From Felis catus (taxonomy: Eukaryota): a DNA stretch of 64,000 bases. Below are positions 50,779-63,960 of the stretch, piece after piece. Made by a program: the position numbers and the translations under genes. Position 1 is the first letter of the stretch, and each line of letters begins with the position of its first letter. Below the pieces are notes generated by a model. The model was not told where the DNA came from, did not search any database, and saw only the letters and a list, made by a program, of their open reading frames with translations. The DNA is taken from NCBI RefSeq assembly GCF_018350175.1, contig NC_058368.1, positions 108,688,001 to 108,752,000 on the forward strand, given 5' to 3'.

Positions 50779-51521
50779 GGAGAACTCCTGAAAGTGTCCG
50801 TGACACAAAGAGCAGGTTTTAAGTGTTGCCCCAAACCATCAGAGAACTTCCCTTTCCCACTTCCTTATTCTCCCTTCCCACTTCCACCTGGTGGGAGAGG
50901 GCTAAAAGCTTCATTAGCAAGTGGGAGGAGGAGGAGAGACACCAGAGAAAGAGAGGAGAGCAGACCACCAAGCCCACAGCCAGCCCAAGGTGCGGAGGGA
51001 AGAAGTCACAGGAAAGTGGACCGATTCACACTTTGGACCGACACTTGTAGTTGTGAATTAAGACTGTCTGTGACTTACCACCCCCATGAAACTGACCTGA
51101 GAATGACCATAAAAGGCATGAGGTGCGTATGTTTTCACCCCCACTGAACAACTTTAAAGGAACAGATGGAGACAAAGGTAAAGTTGCTCACATAATTATC
51201 TCCCATTAGGCCTGTTTGCTCAACTTACTGGGGCTCCATCTGCCAGAAACAGGAGCATCAGTAATGGCTCCATCTCGGTCTGACCAAGATGTGTGATGGG
51301 TGAGGTTGTGTCAAATGCTCTGGGACACACGCCCATACTGACAAATCACAGAGATGATTCTGGGGACACAGAAGGTTACAGGGTTTTAACAGGTAACTAT
51401 TAAAACATCTTTTTTTTTTTTTTTAATGAAGAAGATGCATGGGATCTGTTTCACCTCTGCTGGTCCTTCTCTTAACCCAGCATCTTTTCTCAAACCCAAC
51501 CCCATATTAAGAAGCGTCCCT

Positions 51522-51702
51522 GGAGGCGTCTGGTTGGCTCAATTGGTTAAGCGTCCAACTTCGACTTTGGCTCAGGTCATGATCCCGCAGTCCATGAGTC
51601 TGAGCCCCAAACTGGTCTCTGTGCTGACAGCTCAGAGCCTGGAGCCTGCTTCAGATTCTGGGTCTCTCTCTCTCTCTCTCTCTGCCCCTCCCCTTCTCAT
51701 GT

Positions 51703-51754
<52 letters not shown>

Positions 51755-51785
51755 AAATAAACAAACATTAAAAAAAAAAAAAAAG
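51522..51785 (+). mobile_element. Can-SINE with long (CT)n
   Basis: Full-length with A tail. Confidence 0.92.
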
Positions 51786-53940
51786 AAATGTCCCTGAATT
51801 GCCTCCTACATACAAATTCTACAGTCTCTGGGCCCACAAACAATTCTGAGAGTATCACCTGGGAATTTTCACCTGTGGATTCCCAAGTTCTACATGTTTC
51901 TAAAGAATAACACCAAAATACTAGATGTGAAATCAGAACTCCCACAAAATAGGGTCCAGTACTATAGAACTTCAGATCTGTGAGGGTGGCTGCCTTGCTC
52001 ATGCCTAATGTAACCTCAGGGTGGGTGACCGAGAATTTCAAAAGAAAGTTGTCTTCATTAATGAAAATTTTCTGAAACCTCCATTAGGTTCAGTCCACAA
52101 CACCTACAAGGGTAGTAGTTACCCAAGTCTGCTTAGGCAAATCTTTTTCCTCTCCAACATGATGAGAGAGGTTTAGACCTTTTAGAAACGAATGATTTCT
52201 TGTAGGTATAAGTGAAGTTTCATAAACTTCTAATGAGCTAAAGGATTTTTAAATATTCCCAGGAAAGGTTCAAATGATTTCAAGTCATCCCTTGACGTGG
52301 TCCCAAGGGACGAAGGAGAAGTACGTGTTGACAGCAAATCCTGGGAGAAGATGCAAGGTCAGAGTTAGGAGGCGGGAGGTCACTCTTTGGAAAGCTCTGT
52401 TTGCTTCTCTGATTCAGGACAAGTGCATGCATCTGACAGCAGTTTTTAAAAATGTGATATGGAAAATTTTTCAAGTTGCTCACATGGAGGAACTGGTGAG
52501 CATTCCTAGCTAGACCCATGGCAAAGTGACAGAACCACTGCTCTGTTTCTCTTATTATCTGGAGCAACATCAATGGCACCATCTTATCAACATGAGATCT
52601 ACTGTCCATTCCCCACCTTCTACTGATAGGCTGGCCATCCCTTCATTTATTTTCTCTCCAGCTGCTGAAGGAAAAAAAAAAACCTCTTAGTTTCAGATTC
52701 CGCGGATGTCACTTTGGCTTTAACCAGTATTCCTGGGCTGGCCATCCATGGCTGATCTGCAGAAAGGCATTTCACTAGCTGAAGGTCTGCCCCAGACGGA
52801 TGTTGGCTCCAAGTGAGAGCAGTTATGGGGTGAAGCTGAGCTCGAGGTCTCTCCTGCAGGGGTGGGATGGGAGTGGGGCTGGGAGCAGTGACGGGCCCTC
52901 TGGCTGGAGGTTCCTCTGGCTGCTGGCTTCCACTTTTACACAAAGGTGGGTTACAAAAGACACCGGTGACAGAAATGCTCTGGAAGTTTTATAATGCGGA
53001 TAGAGTGTTCATCTCCCTGCTAGAGGCTCCCAACTCTTCTTCAGGATTGAGTCCTACTTTCATCAACCCCATATCCACCAATTTTTTGAACAATCAGACT
53101 TGAGAGCTGGTAGAAACACAAATAATAGCTATAATAGCAGCCAGGTACTGAAATCCATGACTGTGGCCACTGTGCTAGGCATCTCATACATACATACATG
53201 GTAACTCAGTTATTTCTTAAAACGGTCCATATTACAGATATCAGATGGCTTCATTTAATATTCAAGCAAGTTGAGGCTTAAGAGAGGTTAAGAAATTCTC
53301 CTAAAGCTGCACAGCAGGAATACCCAGATGTAGTTTTATGCATATGGCCACATAAGTCTTGAACTGAATGGCACAAAACAAATAGGTCAAAGAGAGTATT
53401 TTCCCAAGATCCCACTTTTGAGCAGCCACAGAGGTAAGGCCGATGGGCATTACATGCTCGGCTAAATGACTGCAGATGACTGAGCTTTCCTGGGTGCCCT
53501 CAATTAGAACAGAAGAGATGCTCCAATTCCAGGGGCCTCTACCCACTCTTCCTCCCTTCTTCTCCAGGCAGGGTACATCTCGTTCCTGCTGTATCCAGAA
53601 GCCTCCTCTCTCCCTCAATCCACACCGGAGTTTTAAGGGCTCTGCTCCACTGAGCAGCACCTCCCTTTCCTCTGTCTCTAGTGGCTCTTTTTCGATGACA
53701 AAAAACACTTTCAGGTGTTTCCATAACAAGAGCTCCACCCCCTCCATAGCCTCTTCCAGCTCCACTCTTGGTCTGTCATTCCTTCAAAGCTAATCTATTT
53801 TTCACATAGATTCTCCCTTACAGCATAACATACATATGTGGTAAATTGCCCAAATAAGTGTACAGATCCAATAGATTTTTTTGTTCCCAAAGCGAACTTA
53901 CCTGGGCAACCAGCACCAGATCAAGAAATAGAACATCATA

Positions 53941-54172
53941 GGGCATCTGGGTGGCTCAGTCGGTTAAGCGTCCAACTTCAGCTCAAGTCATGATCTCACG
54001 AACTGTGGGTTCAAGCCCTGCGTTGGGCTCTGTGCTGACAGCTCAGAGCCTGGAGTCTGCTTTGGATTCTGTGTCTCCCCCTCTCTATGCCCCTCCCCTG
54101 CTTGCACTCTATCTGTCTCTCTCTCTCTCTCTCTCAAAAATAAATAAATATTAAAAACAATTTCTTTTTTTA
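53941..54172 (+). mobile_element. Can-SINE inserted in an old L1 remnant
   Basis: Full-length; flanking agaacatcat duplication. Confidence 0.92.
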
Positions 54173-56089
54173 AAGAACTAGAACATCATCAGCATTCCAG
54201 GGCAGCGTTATCCTGGACGGCAACCATTATCCTGACTTATAAAACCATAGACTAGTTTATTGTTCTTATAATTTTATACCAAAGAAATCATGCAATCTTT
54301 TGTGTCTGGTTTCTTTCACTCAGTGTACAGTAAGGGAGAGGATTCTATTGAGGTACACCATTCTATCGCTGATGGGCACTGGAGTTGTTTCCAGATTTTG
54401 ACTATTCAAACAGCGATGTTTATCAACATTATGGAGCACGCCTTTTGGTGACATGGCCATGCTTCTTGAAGAAATTGTCCACATGTGCTGATGTGACATC
54501 CTCACCTCCCATTCACTCCTCATTCCACTGCAATCAGCTTCTGCTTCCAGCCTCCGCTCCACGATTAGCCTTTGCCAAGAGCACCAGCAGGCATTTCTGT
54601 GGTGGCATCCTCTGGGTATGGCAGCCACCAGACAACACTGACAGATTCTATTCACCTCTAGCTCAGCCTCCACTTGAAACTCTTGCCCTCATCATTCCTC
54701 TCCTGCCAGGGCTCCCAGGCCATGTTCCCAGACAGCTATTTCCTCACTCGACTCTCCTTTGAAGCAATATTTTCTTTCTTGCAGCCAATCCTTTGCACAT
54801 GCTGTTCCCCATGCTGAGAATGCCCTTCCTCCTATTCTCCTCCAGCTACCAATCTTTCAGGACTCTGCTCCAGTGGACTCCACTGGGAATCCTTTCTGTC
54901 CTGCTCTTCTGACCTCTTGGTGGCATAGTGCTCCATGCACTCTGGGATGTGGACTCTTGAGGCAGTGACCACATTGAACTGAACTGCCCGGTAACATAAG
55001 CTGTGAGCTCATGAAGACAGGGGTCTGTCTTATCCATCCCCGTGACCTCAGCCCCTAGCACTAGGTCTGATGCATACTGGATGCTCCATAAATGAGCTGA
55101 ATGAGTGAATCGATATAAGTTAGAAAAAGAATGCTAAAAGCATGGAGCTTGAGAAGGATATATTTAAAAAGATCGCTGTATTTTCTTCTCTGGGAAGAGA
55201 GGGTACATGAACTCATAGTACACGTCTTAACTATCACTCATGGCACCCAATTTCCCAAACAAGGCTATATTATACCCACAAATTCTCTTTGTGGGGGGTA
55301 GGGGCTATCAGATTCCAGTCCAGCTAATAGTCATTTTGGAATGAACAACGAACTATATACCCACCCAGTAGCCATCCCTGAGTGTAGACAAACACCATCC
55401 TCTCACCTCCTGCAGGACTGTCACAGCCTGACTAGGAGTTCCATAGCACTGGCTTATTCTGGGGATCCCCACAGATGTTTCCATCATATAGCAAGAAGAA
55501 AATCTTCCCAGAATGATTCCACCAGAATCATGAACCAAATGTCAGGTTTAGATCATACGTTCCATCTTTCCCCACTGAAAGAAGAGTGTGGGCCCCTGAT
55601 GAAGCTGGGAACATAGTTCAGAAGAGAAGCTATATCCGGGGTTTGTGATGCTGAGGACAGGCAGGGCTGATGTGCTCGAAAACAGGATGGCTATCAGAGG
55701 CACAGCACAGGCTCATGTTAATGGCAAGGAAATCCAAGTACAGCTGAGCAGGGTGATAAGAGGTCTGCTCAATCCCCCAGCTCTGCCCTCGCACCAGCAG
55801 CGCTTCTATCGAGGGAGGCTTGGGCACTAAATCACAACCTGTTTTCCTGGCTCCATATAACCATCTTCCACCACACAGAGCTTGGGCAGGATGGCTTAGC
55901 TTCCAATTGTGATTTCATGGTTTGGAAAAGCATGGGACATGAGGCCTGCCCTCTACACCTAGGTGATAGCACATTTCTGCTCCATGAAGTTCTTCTCCAG
56001 ATATGGAGGCCAATATGACCAAGTGACTCATTAAAAGCCTAGGGGCACTCTTGAACACCACGGGTCTAAAGGTAAAAGCCACGGTAGTA

Positions 56090-56293
56090 GGGCGCCTGTG
56101 TGGCTCAGTTGGTTAAATGTCTGACTCTTGATTTTGGCTCAGGTCATGATCTCATGGTTTGTGAGTTCTTTCTCCTGTGTTGGGCTCTGTGAGACAGTAT
56201 GGAGCTTGCTTGGGATTCTCTTTCTCCCTCTCTCTCTCTGCCCCTACCCTGCTTGCTCTCTCTCTCAAAATAAATTTAAAAAATAAATACATA
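56090..56293 (+). mobile_element. Can-SINE
   Basis: gggcgcctgtgtggctcag head, CT body, A tail. Confidence 0.9.
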
Positions 56294-57681
56294 AAGGCCA
56301 CAACAGTAACCTGTTTCCCAACCCAGGCTGGAGAGACATATCACCAAAATTTTACGTATGAAACTCATGACAAAAAAAACAAAAAACAAACAAACAAACA
56401 AACACCCACGTAAACCTGAAGGGCGTTTTTGAATTCTGCGTTGACTCCAGATGTCAGCTACTGGAGAGCAAGGACTATGCTATTTCTTTTCTGATAAAAA
56501 GTAGCTGTGGGGTGGAAATCCTCAAACCCACTGAGTTAATGGCAAAAATCCATCTCGATCTAACAAAGCCTTGTTTATCATGATCCATCCTCATGGCGGG
56601 TCTGCTTATGGGGCTGGGGAGGACCTGCCAAATGCCTTAGAGGCTGCATCTGCAGAGACTGTGCGAAGTTCCACTTTCACTGCCCACCCCATCAAGCGTT
56701 ATCATCAAGGCAGGCCAGCCCTCCAACCAGAAGAAGAAGGCTGGAAACTTCTTGCCCATTCAAGGCTAGGACAAGTGACTTCCCAAGTCAATAGATGAGA
56801 TGGAGTAGCAGCAGAGGAAGAGCACTGGGCCGGGGGTTCTGGAAAAAGGGCACAAGTCCCCTGCTTCCACTTGCTGGTGGCATCCACTCATATAGCATCC
56901 ATGCCTGCTTGCCTCACAGGCCGTGCTGAGGCCCCAGCAGCTCAGTGACTGGGGGGAAAAGGCACTGCAGACTGTGAAGTGCTGTGCCTGTGGCCACACC
57001 CCTCCTGTGCACCCTGCCTCCTCCAGGCAGCCTTCCTTGGCTATCCCTGCTGATGCTGCCCTATGCACTCCTCTGTCAGCACCAGGCATGGGGTGAATCA
57101 TTTCTGCTTGTCCTCATCCGACATCCACGCCCACAGCATACCAGCCCCATCCTTCAGAGTTTCTGCACTGCCTTTTTCCACACCATTCCCTCTCTGGCAC
57201 TTTCAACCACCCTATCACAGGGAGAGGCTGGGGAGGAGGTGGCAGCAAGCCTAGGTGACTGGCTCCTAGCCACCAGCAAGTGGTAGAAGTGGAACCCAAA
57301 TCAAGACTTTCAGACACCAAACCCCACACTTTATCTGTGGTCCCTGACACAAAGGCCAAGTCAGGGCAGGAAGGAGAGTGGTGAGAGCTGCTTCTCAGCA
57401 AGGGATGATGTGACTCAGCTACCCAGCCCTCCTCTGGCCCCAGCTCTAGGAAATGGCCAGCCCCCACCCTGGACCTCGCAGTCCACACTATCCATGTCCC
57501 ACCACCCATGCTGCCTCCTGCTGGGCACTGGGAGCCCATGGTCTGGAATCAGGCATGGGACAAGGCTCAGCCCATGCCTCAGAGGTCAGGGGGGCACCAG
57601 AGACCCCTGCAGTCACACCACCAAGGCTGCCAGAGAAGGTTGCAGGTAGCCCCGGCTGGTGATCTGGGTGCCTCAGCTCAC

Positions 57682-57733
57682 CTGTTGTGCCGCTTGTGAA
57701 ACACACAATGGAGAGGTCACTGGGCTTCGGGGG
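57682..57733 (-). CDS. ACSL6: ACSL6 exon (PPKPSDLSIVCFTSGTTG)
   Basis: ctgcag acceptor, gtgagc donor, 52 nt, phase 0/1; FTSGTTG AMP-binding P-loop. Confidence 0.97.
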
Positions 57734-58645
57734 CTGCAGAGTTGAGAAGAAGTGTATGTTAAGAGGACCCAGAGTGGCCAGCCAGGGCCCGAGACCCCTG
57801 GAATTCTCAACCATCCAGCCTCTCTGTGCACCCCACCCGCCACGAGTGGGTATAGAGTCGTGTGCCTGCCCCTGCCTGCAGCCGTCAGAAAGGTGGGCTG
57901 GCAGGTCCTCAGGAAAGAGGCTGAGGAAACTTGATGGGGGCTTGGACATCCATCTGTCACACTAATTTCTCACCTGGTCCTGCTGCCTCCCCAGCTTGAA
58001 TCTGAGATGGGATTGGACTACAGTGGTCACATCTAGGCCTCTAACAAAGACCTCACCTTCTCGGTGGAGAAGTTCCATCCTGCCTTCCCACTTTCTCCCA
58101 AATGTCTGAGGTTAGGCCTGGGAACAGAATGTGTGGCCCAGGAACTGAGATTCCCACTATGTCACCAAGACTTCTCTGTATCAGACCCTGGCCCTGGCCC
58201 AGGGCACAGAGTCCTGGGGTTACCAGGAGGAGCCTATCACGTCCGCTTGTATGCAGAAGAGATGACATGAGTTGGGACTGAGGGACAAGCAAGATCTCTC
58301 CAGACAAAGGGAAGATGGGTTCTGGAAGAGGAACTAGTCTGGCTACTGGTGGAGGCATGGAGGCAAGGGTGTGCCAAGAGGTTGGAAAATGGTGCTCCGA
58401 GGCTGGGGTATGGTATGAGGGAGGTGGGCATACACCAGGGCTGCCCATGAAGGGCTGATCTGCATATGAGAAAGCTCAGGGGCAGGTAAGAAGAGTGGGA
58501 AGGGCTGAGCTGGAGGGAAGACTGGAGGCAAGAGGCCTCGTAAGCAACCTTAAAACTCCCACACGGCTCTCCCAGGAACAGTGACCGTCACTGGTGACTT
58601 GACCCCAGGAAGTATCACTCGGGGGTAACACACAGAAAAGTTCAC

Positions 58646-58850
58646 GGGGCGCCTGGGTGGCTCAGTCAGGTCCAACTTCGGCTCACATCATGATCTTATG
58701 GTCCGTGGGTTTGAGCCCTGTGTTGGGCTCTGTGCTGACAGCTCAGAGCCTGGAGCCTGCTTTGGATTCTGTGGCTCCCTCTCTCTCTGCCCCTGTCCCG
58801 CTTGTGCCCTGTCTCTCAAAAATGAATAAAAGTTAAAAAATTTTAAAAAG
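58646..58850 (+). mobile_element. Can-SINE
   Basis: ggggcgcctgggtggctcag head, A-rich tail. Confidence 0.9.
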
Positions 58851-59239
58851 AAAAATTCAAACAAGGGTACTTGGCCCCGGGGTTCACTTCTAATTCTGTT
58901 GCTTCTCCTGTTCACCCCATCCTTGTAGAGTTCACTACCTACAAGGGGAAAAAATAAGCCTTCCCAAAGAAAAGGCCTCTGGAGAACCAAGGGTAGTGAG
59001 GAATGGCTGCCCTTTTTTCTCCATCTTAAACGTCTGACTCCTGTTCGTCCCTCTCTACACCCTCACCTACACAAGTCCTGGTTCCCTGAGTGGGTATTTC
59101 CAAAGCTGCTCACAGCAATGGCTTATTAACACAGGGGTGCTTCTCTGACCCCCTAGCAAGGCCCCGTGCATAGTGAGCATGGTCTGTGAGGATAAGCCCC
59201 GCACACCATCAATAAAGACCTGCTGACAGATGAGCTTAC

Positions 59240-59272
59240 CACAGGGACATGATGATTCCGTTGGCCACACTC
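59240..59272 (-). CDS. ACSL6: ACSL6 33-nt small exon (ECGQRNHHVPV)
   Basis: ttccag acceptor, gtaagc donor, phase 0/0; fills the gap between SMQAVE and PPKP (recalled human DCGQENHQAPV). Confidence 0.92.
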
Positions 59273-60268
59273 CTGGAAGAGAAAACCATGATTTTTAAAA
59301 TGCTCAAAAGTTCTGATTGATCAAAACAAGTGAATAAACAAAAAATCAAAATAAGCTTGGCATGGTGGAGAAACCACCTCCTGCCTATGTGGAGAAACCA
59401 CCTGAGTGGCCTCTTCTTATATGCACGTCCAGGCCTAAGCCACCCCACACATTACAGACAGGGGCCTGAGGCCCAGGGAGAGGTTAGACACTGTGCACGT
59501 GCACAACGGGGGAGACAGCTTGAGGTGTCTATCGGGACACATGCTCAGGACAGAATGGCTAGGTGGCCTACACTTCCAGATAAATGGTCAAGGCTAGAGG
59601 GGCAGATGGGGGGTTGTCAGCATAAATGTGGCCCCCAAACCATGGACGGGTACAACTGCCCAGGTATTACAAGTATAGTTGGTGACAGACAGGCAGGTAG
59701 GAGAACACCTGGAGAGCTCAGGGGCCTACATCCAGAAAGGGATGGTGGGGGTGAGCTGCTACTGAGGCGGGCGTGAGGCCCTGGGGACCAGGATGTCCTG
59801 TGTCACTCTAGCAGGCCACAAGCTGCTGACCTCTGGGGAGGTCATGCACAGAAAAACTGGTTCTGCTGGCTGTTGGGAGTTTGGGACACACTGAAGGAAC
59901 CTCTCAAAGACTCCTGGACCTCATGTCTGTAGTATTGAAGCTCACACAGGCTGATGGCTAGCTGAAAACATGGAGGCTCCAGAGGCTATGTAAGTAACTC
60001 TGGGGCAGGCTGGCACTACCATATACCTATTGGTGCCTGTGTTATTCAATGTGCCAGCCAACTGAGTCTGTCACCTAGAGGATGCCTATAGGCACCAACC
60101 TCACCACCTGCCACCAGCCCTTGTAAAAGCCTGCCCTATCTCAGCCCTGACACACCCTGATGGCCCAAGACGTCCACCCCGGGGCATGAGAGGGGCAGAT
60201 AACCAGCAGTCCTGGCTCAGCAGCCAACCAGCTATGGCCCAGTAAACAGCCCAGAAGCAGACACTCAC

Positions 60269-60447
60269 CTCCACGGCCTGCATGGACTTAATGACCACCC
60301 CACACTCCTGCCCTCGGTCTTTCAGAGCTTCCTCGAATGGTTCCATGACAATGATGAGCTTCAGCCCTGGAGTCTCCTTCCTCTCCACATGTTCTAGCAG
60401 AAGCACAGCCTTCTGAGGTTTATCCACAACCACGGTGCTGATGTCAG
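60269..60447 (-). CDS. ACSL6: ACSL6 exon (ADISTVVVDKPQKAVLLLEHVERKETPGLKLIIVMEPFEEALKDRGQECGVVIKSMQAVE)
   Basis: cttcag acceptor, gtgagt donor, 179 nt, phase 1/0. Confidence 0.97.
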
Positions 60448-61000
60448 CTGAAGGGACCATTAGGAAAAGTCAGGCTGTGTGAGCACAGGCTGTGACTGTG
60501 GGTAGCATGTGCTAGGCAGCAGAGCCATGGGCTGTGTGTGCCAAAGCTTGTGTGTAAATAAATGCAGAAGAGAGGCCATGTAGGCTATGTGTTGTACACA
60601 GAGGAAAGTGCATGGAGCTTAGGAGAAACAAGGGCAAGAGGCCAAGGAATGTCCTGGAGCAGATTCCAAGCATTCCTTTGCTCCAGGCTCAGGATCCATA
60701 ATCTCAGGTCTGCTTGAGGTTATTTGCCACCACCACCCCGCTTCCCCCGCATCTGCCCTGAGCTGAAAAGTAAGCCTCAGAGAGTTGGAAGCCTGTGTGG
60801 AGGCTGCTGCAGAGGCTCCTTCACGGTAGCCAGGCCCTGTGGAAAGTCCAACTGGGGAAAGCCAACTCAACGGCCAGATTGGAAAATGTTCTTTGAGAAT
60901 GGAAGCAAAGTGCTTACTAGTATCAGACAATTAGCGTAAGCTAAGAGGCTGGGGTCCAGGGGCTGGCTGCCAGTGCCAAGAGGAGGCAGTGGTGACTCAC

Positions 61001-61100
61001 CTGTGTTGATAATGTAGCGGATAGCACCAGGGCCCAGGGTGTCATATAGTGGGATCACCACCATAGAATACGTGTAGCAGGCAAGCTCTGCGATGATCCA
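61001..61100 (-). CDS. ACSL6: ACSL6 exon (WIIAELACYTYSMVVIPLYDTLGPGAIRYIINT)
   Basis: ccacag acceptor, gtgagt donor, 100 nt, phase 0/1. Confidence 0.97.
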
Positions 61101-61610
61101 CTGTGGAGACACACAGGTGCGGGGTTGGGGGAGCACAGAGCAGATAGGAGGGCTGTACTGCTCTTATGCCCAGGCAACCAGGGTACTTGTTCTGGGTCTT
61201 CCTGAGAAGGTTCTGTTCTGGCCCTCTCCACGTTGCAAGGAATCCATGAGGTTAACTGGTTGCACCTGCTTCCCCACAGCTTTCTAGAGCACGCATGCCC
61301 CAGGGAATTTGGGGCCTCCAAATAGCCCAAAGCCTATTTCTAGGCCTTGTGGCCTTCTTCCCTGGGTCTTTCTTCCCCCATGGCTCAGGAAACACCTGTT
61401 TGTGGGGCTAGGTGGGGTGTAGATGGAGCTTGGCTGAGATGTCCACTCCTGATTAGGGGCAAAGTCAAAGGAGTCGGTGGTGGCATGGAACAAGTACATC
61501 CATGTTGTCTCTTGTCCTAGGCCCTACACGCAGTTTGACCAGGGCTGTTGTATGGTACCCAACCCCCTACTCTACTGAAACCTCTAAAACCAATCAAGGC
61601 AGATGCTTAC

Positions 61611-61712
61611 CTCTGGTCGATTTTGTGCAAAAACACCAACAAACTGATCTGTACATGCTTTACAATTGTGTTGCAGAAGTCCGGACCCTAGATATTCAGC
61701 CCTGTCGGCCAC
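61611..61712 (-). CDS. ACSL6: ACSL6 exon (VADRAEYLGSGLLQHNCKACTDQFVGVFAQNRPE)
   Basis: gtgcag acceptor, gtaagc donor, 102 nt. Confidence 0.96.
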
Positions 61713-61976
61713 CTGCACATGGACATGGGGAAGTGATGGAAAGCAAGGACTTTTAGCAGGGGAGGGAGATTCCCAGGTAAGGATTCCTACAGGTCTGAGA
61801 CCTCCCTAAGACCCTACCCAGGTCGGCTGGAAGTCCTCTGAAGTTGCTGCTGGGAGTCTGGCAAACAGGCCATGCAAGGAAACAATGACCCTCTGAGACC
61901 CTGCAGGGTACCCACAAGCCCCACAATGCCAGGTCTACATGGGTCGACAGGGTGGGGCCTGTCCTCTATCACTCAC

Positions 61977-62041
61977 CTCCTGGTAGGACAGCCACTGATA
62001 AGGTTGCTTGGGCTTCCTGAAGCCAAGACAGGGTCCATTCC
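61977..62041 (-). CDS. ACSL6: ACSL6 exon (GNGPCLGFRKPKQPYQWLSYQE)
   Basis: ctgcag acceptor, gtgagt donor, 65 nt, phase 1/0. Confidence 0.96.
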
Positions 62042-62488
62042 CTGCAGAGAGATAAGCAGGCCTTGTGCCAGGGAGGATGGTAGGGTGGGTGTCACCTGCA
62101 TCTGCTCATCAGATAGGTGAATGGACATCCCATCCTGTGGGGTGGTCCATGGGTCAAGCGAACCGCCCCCAGCTGCCTGTCTAACCTGCTGAAGCTGAAG
62201 GAGGCCTAAAGCACACAAGCATGACATGTCCTCAAGGATCAGGGAGGCCCTGGAATAAGGACTAACACAGTGCCAGTTCCCACCATGACCTGTGTGATGT
62301 AGCCTCAAGGGGACACAAAGACGTGGGGACTATGAGGCAGAGATGGAGAGTTGCCTCTCTGTGACCACTTCCTTTTGACCCATACACCCAGACATCCCAG
62401 AGGCTCAGGCTCTGAACCATGCCAGCCAGAGGCCTGGCAGTTTGAGGCTTAGCAGGGGCTGCCCATGGGAGATATAAAATAAGGGCTA

Positions 62489-62708
62489 AGGAGTGCCTAG
62501 GTGGCTCAGTTGGTTAAGCGTCTGACTTCAGCTCAGGTCATGATCTTGGGGTTCATGGGTTTGAGTCCTGCATCGGGCTCTGTGCTGATAGCTTGGAGCC
62601 TGGAGCCTACTTCAGAATCTGTATCTCCCTCTCTTTGCCCCTCCCTGGCCCACATTTTCTCTCTCTCACTTTCTCAAAAATAAATAAACATTAAAAAAAT
62701 TTTTTTTT
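62489..62708 (+). mobile_element. Can-SINE
   Basis: SINE head, CT body, aataaataaac tail. Confidence 0.9.
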
Positions 62709-62953
62709 AACTATGAGCTAAGAGATGGTTTAAGGTCAGGCAGTGCTAAGGGCTAGAACAAAGCTGAGGTCAGCCCTTCGGCCGCATAATGCAGTTACTT
62801 CCCTGAGTGGGAGGAGTGCCAGGAGTTGCTTTTCTCCTCTGAACCTGGCAACCACTCACCTGCCACGCTCCTGGTTCCCTGCTTGTCGGCTCACACCTTT
62901 GCACCTGCTCAACCCTTGGCAGGGCTCCTCCAGACCCTCACAGCCCCTCTCAC

Positions 62954-63068
62954 CTGAGATGCTAAGCCCACGGCGGAACACCTCGTACATGGTCCTGGCA
63001 TCATCATAATAGTGGGTGAGCAGCTGAGGGCCATCTCCAATCACAGATCGCCGGGCCCCGCCACTGTC
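62954..63068 (-). CDS. ACSL6: ACSL6 exon (DSGGARRSVIGDGPQLLTHYYDDARTMYEVFRRGLSIS), most 5' exon in the window
   Basis: tcgtag acceptor, gtgaga donor, 115 nt, phase 0/1; start-codon exons lie beyond the right edge. Confidence 0.96.
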
Positions 63069-63779
63069 CTACGAGCCAAGCACAGGCCAGGGAAGCTGGC
63101 TGAGGCAGGCATACGCATCAGGGGAGAGCACCAGTATGCAGCAGGCTGTACACGGCGTGGATGCACACCAGGGCCACACAGTTGGGACTGGGACATGCTC
63201 TGTGTGCACTCACACACATGGCCTACACACACCTGGACGGTACACACACAACCTCTACACACACTCACACACATATGGCTGGTATGCGCTTGACCTATAT
63301 GCAGCTACACTCAAACACAGTTGGCTCACATACACAGGCCCAGTACACTGGTCTCCCATACATGCACACAGCACCTAAACACTGCGTGAGCACACACAAA
63401 ATGTCCATAATTTCAGTGACTGTTCAAATATACCTATGGTTCATTCATACAATGGAATGGTGAGTGTTGGCTAGAGTCAGGCTACCCTCTGGCATCAGGA
63501 TCAGCCTGGAAAGGTGGCCTTCATCCCATCATCTGTTGCTGCTGTACCCCTAGGTTAAGAAAAATTTGGGTGCCATCCATCATTCACATAATAGCGTGAA
63601 TTAATTTGAATACTGGCTAAAGGTGCCTGTCCAGGAACACTCCTGCCCATGCCACATGACCCTTCTACGGCACGAATTCACCCTGTGTCTGCTTACTACT
63701 AAAAACAAAAAATAAATCTATGCTGCTCCCTCCAGGATCCTGGCCCATGGGCCTTTGTCCTTGCTGGCCTCTCAAAGTA

Positions 63780-63960
63780 AGTAATAATTAAAATTACCAA
63801 ATAGTCTGGTGCTTTCTCTGTGTCACCTTACCAAATCCTTACCACAACTCAGGAAGCAGATACTCCTTTTATTACTCACCTGACAGTTAAGGACATTGAG
63901 GCTCAGAGAGTTAAGAAACTGCCAAGAACCATACAGCTAGTAAGAGGTATAGCCAGCCCT
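63780..63960. mobile_element. MIR remnant (similar remnants near 17.2k, 37.0k, 38.1k, 46.5k, 49.8k, 53.2k)
   Basis: MIR core-like gacagttaaggacattgaggctcagagagttaagaaactgccaagaaccatacagctagtaag. Confidence 0.7.

Noticed and set aside
63130..63400. CA-rich tract giving His/Thr- or Cys/Val-rich ORFs
   Set aside because: Degenerate (CA)n low-complexity intronic sequence
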